Source: Candidatus Omnitrophota bacterium (lineage in GTDB: Bacteria > Omnitrophota > Gorgyraeia > 2-01-FULL-45-10). Taken from it: a stretch of 64,000 nucleotides of DNA. The stretch is from NCBI GenBank assembly GCA_016935115.1, contig JAFGRN010000004.1, forward strand, positions 5,778-69,777. The letters are read 5' to 3'. A program made the translations under genes and the position numbers. Under the pieces are notes generated by a model, which saw nothing but the letters and a program-made list of their open reading frames with translations, was not told the origin of the DNA and made no database searches. Of the stretch, positions 21,972 through 29,513 are shown piece after piece. Position 1 is the first letter of the stretch, and each line of letters begins with the position of its first letter.

Positions 21972-22182
21972 GCAAAAATATTGCATAGTCTGTAGCCCTG
22001 TGGCCCGGGTGCTAAAGCGGGGCGTCGAAAGTCGTAGGGCGTGGCATGGTTTTTTAGCCCGGGACACATACTATATGCTAAAAAGAACGAGCGACCTTTC
22101 CGAGTGGAAATTCCTCGCAGGGGAATTTCCACGTCCCCGCGAAGTACCCGGGCCACAGGGCAGAGCTGGGGGATATTTTTGC
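21972..22182. repeat. Second long imperfect palindrome (about 210 nt) abutting the glgB stop codon
   Basis: gcaaaaatat...gccctgtggcccgggt (21972-22010) pairs with 22146-22182 (the 16-nt block is perfect). Inner pairs are gcggggcgt/acgtccccgc and tttttagc/gctaaaaa. There is also an 11-bp side hairpin gtggaaattcc-tcgcagg-ggaatttccac (22104-22132). Confidence 0.8.
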
Positions 22183-24081
22183 TTATTCCTGCTGCTTGAA
22201 TGCCACGATACCCAGCGGCGGGAGGCTGAGGAGGAGAGAGTAATTTCTGCCGTGGCACGGAATAGCATCGGCAGTGACACCGCCGAAGTTGCCGTTACCG
22301 CTGCCGCCGTAATCGGCCGCGTCGCTATTGAGCGCCTCTTTCCAGAACCCGCCCGACGGAACGCCTACGCGGTAACCATGGCGGGGCACAGGCGTGAAAT
22401 TGCAAACTACGAGCAACGGTCCCGCCCCGCGCGAACGGCCCTTCCTTAAAAATGAGATTATGCTCCCTTCATAATCTTTCAGGTCGACCCATTCAAATCC
22501 CTCGCAGGAGAAGTCCGCTTCGTACAGAGCCGGTTCGTTCCTGTAGAAGCGGTTAAGGTCGTGGACCCAGCGCCGTATTCCGCGATGCACCGGCTCACGA
22601 TCCAGGTGCCAATCGAGGCTGCGCTCATGGTTCCACTCCGCCTGCTGGCCGAATTCTCCGCCCATAAATAGAAGCTTCTTGCCCGGATGCATCCACATAT
22701 AGCCTAAAAGCTGGCGCAATCCCGCGCACTTCTGCCAGAAATCCCCGGGCATCTTGCTGAAGAGTGAACCTTTGCCGTGCGCAACCTCATCATGGGATAA
22801 AGGCAGCATAAAGTTCTCGGTAAACGCATATAACAGGCTGAATGTCAGCATCCCGTGGTGATATTTTCTGAAGACCGGATCTTTCGAGATATACTCCAGG
22901 GTATCATGCATCCACCCCATATTCCACTTCATCCCGAAGCCCAGCCCGCCCACATACGTCGGGCGTGTCACCATCGGCCATGCGGTCGACTCTTCCGCGA
23001 TCACCTGGATTGACGGGAACTCCTTATATACCGTCTCATTCAGCAGCTTAAGGAAACTGACGGCTTCTATATTCTCCCTGCCCCCGAACTGGTTGGGAAT
23101 CCATTCGCCCGGTTTTCTGGAATAATCCAGATAGAGTATCGAAGCGACAGCGTCGATCCTCAGGCCGTCCGCGTGGTATTTATGGCACCAGAAGACGGCA
23201 TTGGATATAAGAAAACTGCGCACCTCATTGCGCCCGTAATTGAATATGAAACTATTCCAGTCCGGCTGAAAACCTTTACGCATATCCGCATGCTCATACA
23301 GGTGCGTACCATCGAAAAATATTAGGCCATGCTCGTCGGAGGGAAAGTGCGAAGGCACCCAGTCGAGGATCACTCCTATACCATGCTGATGAAGATAGTC
23401 GACCAGGTACATGAAATCCTGCGGAGTGCCGTACCGGGAAGTCGGCGCAAAGTACCCGGTTATCTGGTAACCCCACGAACCGTAGAACGGATGCTCCATG
23501 ACCGGCAGGAACTCTACATGCGTAAAACCCATCTCTCTCGCGTATGCCGCGAGAGCCGGGGCAAGCTCCCTGTATGTAAGAGGCCTGCCGCCTTCTTCAG
23601 GGACCCTGCGCCATGAACCAAGATGCACTTCATATACCGATATAGGAGATCCGAGGCTATTGGCCTTTGGCCGTGAATCGAGCCAGGAGTGGTCTTTCCA
23701 TTTATAATCCAGGTCCCATACTACGGATGCGGTCCTGGGGGGAGTCTCCCATAGGAGGGCAAACGGGTCCCCCTTTTCCGCCGAATAATTATTGAATTTG
23801 GATTTTATGAAATACTTATAAAGGGTACTGTTGCCGATGCCCGGTATGAAACCCTCCCATATGCCGGAAGAGTCCCTTCTTACAGCCAGAGGATGTGAAT
23901 CCCTGTTCCAGCCGTTAAATTCGCCTATTACGGATACAGACTCGGCATTCGGAGCCCAGACGGCAAAATAGGTGCCTTTCACTCCGTTATGCGAAACGAT
24001 ATGGGAACCCATCTTCTCATAAAGCCGGAAGTGGTTTCCCTCCCTGAAGAGGTGTATATCAAAATCGGAAAATAAGGTCAC
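22183..24081 (-). CDS. glgB: 1,4-alpha-glucan branching enzyme
   Basis: 632 aa. GH13 catalytic motifs are present (DGLRIDAVASILY, AEESTAWP, SHDEVAHGK), along with the N-terminal CBM48-like region. Confidence 0.95.
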   Translation of the reverse strand: MTLFSDFDIHLFREGNHFRLYEKMGSHIVSHNGVKGTYFAVWAPNAESVSVIGEFNGWNRDSHPLAVRRDSSGIWEGFIPGIGNSTLYKYFIKSKFNNYSAEKGDPFALLWETPPRTASVVWDLDYKWKDHSWLDSRPKANSLGSPISVYEVHLGSWRRVPEEGGRPLTYRELAPALAAYAREMGFTHVEFLPVMEHPFYGSWGYQITGYFAPTSRYGTPQDFMYLVDYLHQHGIGVILDWVPSHFPSDEHGLIFFDGTHLYEHADMRKGFQPDWNSFIFNYGRNEVRSFLISNAVFWCHKYHADGLRIDAVASILYLDYSRKPGEWIPNQFGGRENIEAVSFLKLLNETVYKEFPSIQVIAEESTAWPMVTRPTYVGGLGFGMKWNMGWMHDTLEYISKDPVFRKYHHGMLTFSLLYAFTENFMLPLSHDEVAHGKGSLFSKMPGDFWQKCAGLRQLLGYMWMHPGKKLLFMGGEFGQQAEWNHERSLDWHLDREPVHRGIRRWVHDLNRFYRNEPALYEADFSCEGFEWVDLKDYEGSIISFLRKGRSRGAGPLLVVCNFTPVPRHGYRVGVPSGGFWKEALNSDAADYGGSGNGNFGGVTADAIPCHGRNYSLLLSLPPLGIVAFKQQE

Positions 24082-24086
24082 AAATT

Positions 24087-24398
24087 TTAATCGATCGCGG
24101 CCCTGACAGCGTTTATCTTTTTATTCGACTGCTCAAGTTCAGCCTTAGCGCTATTCAGCTCTTCCTGTGCGGCGCTGAGTCCGCTCCTGGCAAGATTTAA
24201 CTCTTCTTCCCTGCGCGCTCTTTCCTTCATCAATTTCTTTATTATAACATCGCGCTGCTGCACCAGCATGTTATTTGTAGCTTCGGATGATATCGCCGCC
24301 TGATTGAAGATCTCTATGTTCCCGTAAATAATCCATAGTGAAATAAACATGATTACAACCAGTCCTACTGCCACGACGATCATCTCCTTCTTATCCAT
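24087..24398 (-). CDS. Small membrane-anchored coiled-coil protein, function unknown
   Basis: 103 aa with one N-terminal TM segment, then a heptad-rich segment (EEELNLARSGLSAAQEELNSAKAELEQ). AAGGAGGGAG lies upstream, and the ORF ends 5 nt before the glgB start. Confidence 0.65.
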   Translation of the reverse strand: MDKKEMIVVAVGLVVIMFISLWIIYGNIEIFNQAAISSEATNNMLVQQRDVIIKKLMKERARREEELNLARSGLSAAQEELNSAKAELEQSNKKINAVRAAID

Positions 24399-24460
24399 AC
24401 TCCCTCCTTTTGTTCCCGGCCTTGCTCAGGAAAATAATTCCGAGTCTGCCGATGGATTTT

Positions 24461-25099
24461 TTATTCTGTTATCAGGGCTCTCTCTGCCATGGGGATCCTG
24501 CCAACCCAGTACCAACGCGGAAAGATAACCGTAAAAGCAACCATTATCGCCGTAAATGGCCATCCCGCAACGATATCGATCGCCGCGGCCGCCTTCAGAT
24601 TAGTAAGGTTCAGGGTCACCAGTAACACTGCAAAAAACATATATGCCGCGCCCCATACAAAGGTAATTATCTGCCAGGCCTTTTTATAGAAAGGGCTCAA
24701 ACGGATCTCCGCCGGCATGGCAACTCCGGACGCTTCGGCAAGAATCTGGATAAGGCTGCGAGGAAAGAATAAGGATACCAGAAATATAATTCCACATAAT
24801 ACACTGTCCGCCGCCTGAGCAAAGAGGTAAAGAGCAGCGCTTTTGCTCGCAAGGACTACAGCTATTCTCATGAATATCATTAGGACAGCTATCACGGCAA
24901 AGACATTAATTTTGTGCTCACGAGCATAAGCCACAACCAATACGCCCAGGCACCATATCAACGCAAAAAACGAACCAGCGAACAACATGCCACGGCTTAT
25001 ACCGATAAAAAATATGGCCTTAGGTATAAGAAACCCGATGGTCATAGACTTCCAAGGAAATGTCTTTCTGAAATCGTTCCAGGATCGATTCAATGTCAC
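24461..25099 (-). CDS. Polytopic inner-membrane protein, function unknown (weak resemblance to YciB/IspZ-like proteins)
   Basis: 212 aa with about 6 hydrophobic segments. The resemblance to the YciB family (SLIQ...LP...W pattern) is by eye only. Confidence 0.6.
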   Translation of the reverse strand: MTLNRSWNDFRKTFPWKSMTIGFLIPKAIFFIGISRGMLFAGSFFALIWCLGVLVVAYAREHKINVFAVIAVLMIFMRIAVVLASKSAALYLFAQAADSVLCGIIFLVSLFFPRSLIQILAEASGVAMPAEIRLSPFYKKAWQIITFVWGAAYMFFAVLLVTLNLTNLKAAAAIDIVAGWPFTAIMVAFTVIFPRWYWVGRIPMAERALITE

Positions 25100-25104
25100 C
25101 TCGC

Positions 25105-25323
25105 CTATTTTGACGGCGTGTAATTCCTGGTAGTTCTGATTATATTCCCGGAGGAATCATACTCGGTCACTTCTTCATATGCAACAGGCCTCTCGGAATC
25201 ACGGCCAAAGGCCTCTTTCGCTGATTTGAAGACCGGCTTCGACAGCGCAATCGCTCCGAAAATACCAGCTATCAAGCCTATGATAACAAGAATCGCTATT
25301 ACAAAAGGTATTAATTTTTTCAC
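25105..25323 (-). CDS. Small single-pass membrane protein, function unknown
   Basis: 72 aa. The N-terminus MKKLIPFVIAILVIIGLIAGIFGAIAL forms a TM segment, and the ORF is tightly spaced with its neighbours. Confidence 0.55.
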   Translation of the reverse strand: MKKLIPFVIAILVIIGLIAGIFGAIALSKPVFKSAKEAFGRDSERPVAYEEVTEYDSSGNIIRTTRNYTPSK

Positions 25324-25352
25324 GAAATCCTCTTAAACTTAAACATATTCCT

Positions 25353-26045
25353 CTAACCTATCTGCTCTGTTTCCAACGGTATCGCCCTAGCCTTACCGTC
25401 GCTTATAAGGAGCTGATCAAGCGCCTCCGTGGCACCGACTTCCGAACACTTCCCGGGGCAATTGTAAGTGTAGAAGTCCATCCCAAGAATATATTTATCT
25501 ATGTCCACTGAAACATTGGCATCAAACAGGTCATTCAGGAGCTGCACATATTCCTTGATAAACATCAGCTTTTGCACATGCGTCAGTTTGTTCCAATCCA
25601 ACAGGTTGACTTTACTGCCGTCCCAACGGGAGGCCCCTGTCGGAAAGAACCAATTTTTTATTACTTCATTGCCATTAAATTCATAAAACGAGCCCTTATT
25701 TTCTGGGGCATGTTCATATTTTCTGCTCCATTTCACCACCCTGCCCTCTTCTATGTAGAACGTTATTACATCATTCCTGTTCCTGGATGTCCAGTCGTGA
25801 TAAACCAGCCATTCCTTATCAAGTATCTTATGCGGGATATCTACTCTGTCCTTATCCTGGAATATCTTCCGAAGCTCATCTTCAGGCATTCCCACATATA
25901 CAACACCCCGCCATGTCCTGATCTTCTCGTTAAACTCTTTCTGTGTGTCGGCGCTTCCCGACATCATCTGGCCTGTAGTCACCTCTCCCATGGCTGTCTG
26001 CGCGATGAAGAAGCTTATCATCAATAAACTGATTATCTTTTTCAT
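25353..26045 (-). CDS. Secreted protein, function unknown
   Basis: I start it at ATG 26045, which has AGGAGG upstream and yields the signal peptide MKKIISLLMISFFIAQTAMG. I recognise no catalytic motif. Confidence 0.65.
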   Translation of the reverse strand: MKKIISLLMISFFIAQTAMGEVTTGQMMSGSADTQKEFNEKIRTWRGVVYVGMPEDELRKIFQDKDRVDIPHKILDKEWLVYHDWTSRNRNDVITFYIEEGRVVKWSRKYEHAPENKGSFYEFNGNEVIKNWFFPTGASRWDGSKVNLLDWNKLTHVQKLMFIKEYVQLLNDLFDANVSVDIDKYILGMDFYTYNCPGKCSEVGATEALDQLLISDGKARAIPLETEQIG

Positions 26046-26190
26046 AGCCACCTCCTTGCTAAAAATTAAAAAACAACCCTTGAGGGTTGTCAATAATCCT
26101 ATTTCTGCCGTTTTATTCATCGTCATGGTAACCTCCCTCCCCGAGTTGCAAAATTATATTACCACTTATGCAGAAATTAGTCAACAACTA

Positions 26191-26220
26191 TTGGTAGGAA
26201 GCGGCTGGGCATGGTATAAT
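26191..26220 (+). promoter_or_regulatory. Candidate promoter of the hydrolase/acyl-CoA ligase pair; possibly a leaderless transcript
   Basis: TTGGTA-18 nt-TATAAT, with the -10 box ending 7 nt before ATG 26228. There is no Shine-Dalgarno sequence in between. Confidence 0.45.
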
Positions 26221-26227
26221 AATACAT

Positions 26228-27037
26228 ATGAAAAAGTGCGAAAAAAGAAATATCCTCTACAGGCAATGGGGGTGTTCGTCGCCCAGGGCATGCATGCTGA
26301 TGGTACACGGCCTTGGCGGCCACAGCAATAATTGGGAATTCGTCGCAAAATTTCTTGTCGAACATGGGATAACGTCCTACTCTATAGAGCTCAAGGGATT
26401 CGGAAATACTGAAGGGGTCAGGGGACATATTGACTCTCTTAACGTTTATATAAAGGATGTCCGCCGACTCTACAGCATTATACGAAAGGAACATAAACGT
26501 GTCCCTATCTTCATAGCTGGCGAAAGCATGGGTGGTCTCATAGGGTTTCTGACAGTACTGAAAAAACCACAGCTCTTCCGTGGATTGATATGCGTCTCTC
26601 CGGGCTTTAAAAGCAGCCTCAGTTTCTCCCTGATGGAATACCTGAAGATAATCACGGCCCGCCTGTACAACGCAAAGAAACAGTTTTATATGCCTTTCAC
26701 TAATGAGATGTGCACACGTGATCCGGAGTGCCTGAAGATAATGGACAATGACAAACTGGAGCATAAATGGGCGACCCCAAAACTCCTGCAGAGCATTCTT
26801 CTTGGGCAGATCACCAGTAATATGCTTAAACATAAGATAAAAACAGATACCCTATTCCTTCTGGCCAGTGCGGATACATTCGTAAGTTCGGAAGCGAGCA
26901 AAAAGATCTTTAAAGGAATAAAATTCGAACATAAGCATATTATCGAATATCCCGAGATGCGCCATAGCCTTACTATGGAACTTGGGCGGGAAAAAGTCTT
27001 CGATGACCTGCTGGGGTGGTTAAATAAAAGAATTTGA
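26228..27037 (+). CDS. Alpha/beta hydrolase (lysophospholipase / monoacylglycerol-lipase-like)
   Basis: 269 aa with an HGLGGHS oxyanion region and the nucleophile elbow GESMGG. It is a paralogue of 34899..35684. Confidence 0.85.
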   Translation: MKKCEKRNILYRQWGCSSPRACMLMVHGLGGHSNNWEFVAKFLVEHGITSYSIELKGFGNTEGVRGHIDSLNVYIKDVRRLYSIIRKEHKRVPIFIAGESMGGLIGFLTVLKKPQLFRGLICVSPGFKSSLSFSLMEYLKIITARLYNAKKQFYMPFTNEMCTRDPECLKIMDNDKLEHKWATPKLLQSILLGQITSNMLKHKIKTDTLFLLASADTFVSSEASKKIFKGIKFEHKHIIEYPEMRHSLTMELGREKVFDDLLGWLNKRI

Positions 27038-27057
27038 ACTCTAAGAATGGCGGTGTC

Positions 27058-28770
27058 ATGATCGATTCCATGGTCAGGAGCATTCTCCAGGATATTACCA
27101 TAAAAGATATCCTTGAAGCCATTAACAAAAAACACGGCAACAAACCGGCTCTCCGGATAAAGAACGACGATGGCGCATTCAGGGAAATATCTTTCGTAAA
27201 ACTTGGCCGGCGTGTAGTAAGCATATCCTCCGCGCTGATCAATCTCGGGATCAATAAGGGCGACAGGGTAGCTATACTCTCCGAAAACCGGCCCGAATGG
27301 GCCTGCGCCTACTTTGGCATACTTTCCTGCGGCGGCATAATTCTTCCTCTCGATGTAAAGCTATCCGATACAGAAGTTGAATTTATCCTGAATGACAGCC
27401 GGGCAAAATGCATCTTCCTGAGCGCTAAATATGCCGGCACAATAGACCGCATCAGAAATGTCCTGCCTTATCTCGAAAACATAATCCTACTGGATAAGAC
27501 CGATCGCGATGATCTAATACAGATGGGAAAACTCAGACCGCACAGAGGAAAAGAACGGACCAGGCATATCTATCCTTCGGATACCGCCATAGTAGTATAC
27601 ACATCCGGAACAACCGGGGTAGCGAAAGGCGTGGAGATAAGTTGTAAGAACCTGCTCTTCCAGGTCTCGGAGTTCAGCAGAATAATGGCTATAACCCCCA
27701 AAGAACGCCTTCTTTCGGTTCTTCCGTTAAACCATATGCTCGAGATAACGGGCGGCCTTATAGCGCCGCTCTATATAGGCTCATGCGTCACATATTGCGA
27801 TACCCTGAAGACCAATGAGCTGCTGCCGATAATAAGAGAGGCGGGCATCACCGCCATTATATGCGTGCCTCTGGTCCTCAAGATGCTCTATTCTTCCATC
27901 ATGAAAAAAGTATCCAGGCTGCCCGGCTACAAGCGGGCAGCTTTCGACATGCTCTTTAAACTGTCGAAATACCTGCTCATGCGCAATATATGGGCGGGAA
28001 GGATTCTATTTCGTTCAGTGCATAAAGAATTTGGCCACCGCCTGCGTATATTCATAAGCGGAGGCGCGCCTCTCGATAGCGAAGTTGAAATCGGGTTGAG
28101 CGCCCTCGGGTTCAGGATACTTCAGGGATACGGCCTAACCGAAACCGGCCCGGTCATATCAGTCAACACCCTGGAAGACCGCAGGTTCGGCTCCGTGGGG
28201 AAGCCTCTGCCGGGAGTCGAGGTTATGATATTGAGGGAGAAAAGTTCCGATAGCGGCGGCGAGATACTGACGCGCGGGCCGCATGTAATGAAAGGTTACT
28301 ACCGGAATCCGGAAAAGACATCGGAAGTCCTAAGGAACGGATGGCTGCATACGGGCGACCTGGGGTATATTGATGAGGATGGTTTTCTGTTCATATCCGG
28401 CCGGAAGAAGAACCTGATAGTGCTAGGGGGAGGGAAAAAAGTATTTCCCGAAGAAGTCGAAAGCGTAATAGGCGCAAGCCCCTACATAAAAGAGATCTGC
28501 GTAATGCCGAGAACCGCCGCCAGGGGCCTGCGCGAGGGCCATGAAGAGGTCTTCGCGGTGATAGTGCCGAATCTTGAAATTCTCGAAGGGCGCGGAATAG
28601 CTTCGCGGGAGGAGATATCGCGTATCATAACATCCGAACTCGCGCGTTTGGGCGGAAAACTCGCCCCTTATAAAAGAATAACGGCCTTTGACATCTCCTA
28701 TGAGGAACTGCCGAAGACCGTTACAAAAAAGATAATAAGGCCTGCCGTATCCAGGATGGTTGCTAAATAA
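27058..28770 (+). CDS. AMP-dependent synthetase/ligase (long-chain fatty-acid--CoA ligase-like)
   Basis: AMP-binding motif YTSGTTGVAKGV, plus GYGLTE and a TGDLG...GR.K-type C-terminal domain. The start is ATG 27058, or TTG 27034 which overlaps the upstream stop. Confidence 0.9.
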   Translation: MIDSMVRSILQDITIKDILEAINKKHGNKPALRIKNDDGAFREISFVKLGRRVVSISSALINLGINKGDRVAILSENRPEWACAYFGILSCGGIILPLDVKLSDTEVEFILNDSRAKCIFLSAKYAGTIDRIRNVLPYLENIILLDKTDRDDLIQMGKLRPHRGKERTRHIYPSDTAIVVYTSGTTGVAKGVEISCKNLLFQVSEFSRIMAITPKERLLSVLPLNHMLEITGGLIAPLYIGSCVTYCDTLKTNELLPIIREAGITAIICVPLVLKMLYSSIMKKVSRLPGYKRAAFDMLFKLSKYLLMRNIWAGRILFRSVHKEFGHRLRIFISGGAPLDSEVEIGLSALGFRILQGYGLTETGPVISVNTLEDRRFGSVGKPLPGVEVMILREKSSDSGGEILTRGPHVMKGYYRNPEKTSEVLRNGWLHTGDLGYIDEDGFLFISGRKKNLIVLGGGKKVFPEEVESVIGASPYIKEICVMPRTAARGLREGHEEVFAVIVPNLEILEGRGIASREEISRIITSELARLGGKLAPYKRITAFDISYEELPKTVTKKIIRPAVSRMVAK

Positions 28771-29209
28771 TACTCTCCTTAGCAGAAACTGTCTGCTGCT
28801 CAATCTTCATCACGGGCTTCTGGGGTGCCAAGACTTTTTCCGAGAACAGGTTCTTGGCTATCCACTGTTTAGCGGGGGTGCTTGGCGAAGCTACTTCGAC
28901 CTGTGTCTGTTTAGCGCTTACTTCGCCAAAATATACCCCGACCGGCGTGGTATCCGGGGTCAGGTAAAATACAGCTATCATATCGCCGGTCGTTGCGTAG
29001 ATAGAGACATTGGGCATCTCTTTCAGCAGCCTTCTCATCTTCGCATAGCACTTCTCGTACCTGTAGTCAAACACCTTTATATCCGCCTCGCCCCTCCATT
29101 CCTCTATCTCAGCCGTAGAATTGCCTATTAAACTGCTCATCACATCTTTAGACGTGGCACAACCGCACAATGCCGCGCATAATATCAGCGTGATAACGAT
29201 CTTTGCCAT
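28763..29209 (-). CDS. Lipoprotein, function unknown
   Basis: The start at ATG 29209 gives MAKIVITLILCAALCGCATS, with lipobox L-C-G-C. Its 3' end overlaps the convergent ligase gene by 8 nt. Confidence 0.65.
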   Translation of the reverse strand: MAKIVITLILCAALCGCATSKDVMSSLIGNSTAEIEEWRGEADIKVFDYRYEKCYAKMRRLLKEMPNVSIYATTGDMIAVFYLTPDTTPVGVYFGEVSAKQTQVEVASPSTPAKQWIAKNLFSEKVLAPQKPVMKIEQQTVSAKESII

Positions 29210-29228
29210 CTCGTCCCCCATTTGCATG

Positions 29229-29262
29229 CCAAATCAAATGCCCTCCGTTTCGCGAAGGGCAT
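29229..29262 (-). terminator. Terminator-like hairpin after the zinc-ribbon mini-gene
   Basis: The minus strand reads ATGCCCT-tcgcgaaacgg-AGGGCAT followed by TTGATTTGG. The stem is 7 bp and the U-tract is imperfect. Confidence 0.3.
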
Positions 29263-29285
29263 CTGAAAAATCACTACCTCTGCTC

Positions 29286-29444
29286 TTAACGACCGGCGTC
29301 CTTGCGCTTGGAAAAACAATCCTTGCAGTATACCGGACGGTCTTCTCTGGGTTTAAAAGGAACTTCACATTCCTTCTTGCAATCCGCGCAGATAGCCTTA
29401 TGCATCTCGCGAGGTCCGCCGAAACCGCCACCCTGATATGCCAT
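29286..29444 (-). CDS. CxxC-x17-CxxC zinc-ribbon mini-protein
   Basis: 52 aa from ATG 29444, with AGGAGG upstream: MAYQGGGFGGPREMHKAICADCKKECEVPFKPREDRPVYCKDCFSKRKDAGR. There are exactly 17 residues between the two CxxC pairs. Confidence 0.75.
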   Translation of the reverse strand: MAYQGGGFGGPREMHKAICADCKKECEVPFKPREDRPVYCKDCFSKRKDAGR

Positions 29445-29501
29445 GCTTCCTCCTTTTTTAAGCCTCTTCCTTATCGATTCGTTCCTGAATATCACGGGGA
29501 A

Positions 29502-29510
29502 AGTATACCA
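29502..29510 (-). promoter_or_regulatory. Extended -10 promoter element for the zinc-ribbon mini-gene
   Basis: The minus strand reads TGgTATACT immediately after the radical SAM stop codon, about 55 nt upstream of ATG 29444. Confidence 0.4.
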
Positions 29511-29513
29511 CAA

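Noticed and set aside
21851-22449. Track ORFs 21851..22258 (-), 22000..22449 (+) and 22071..22280 (-)
   Set aside because: They overlap the glgB 3' end or the repeat elements. Their peptides (for example ...GDRSEAKNGDTSEANFENVP...) are translations of the TAGGGACG...GTCCCC repeat.
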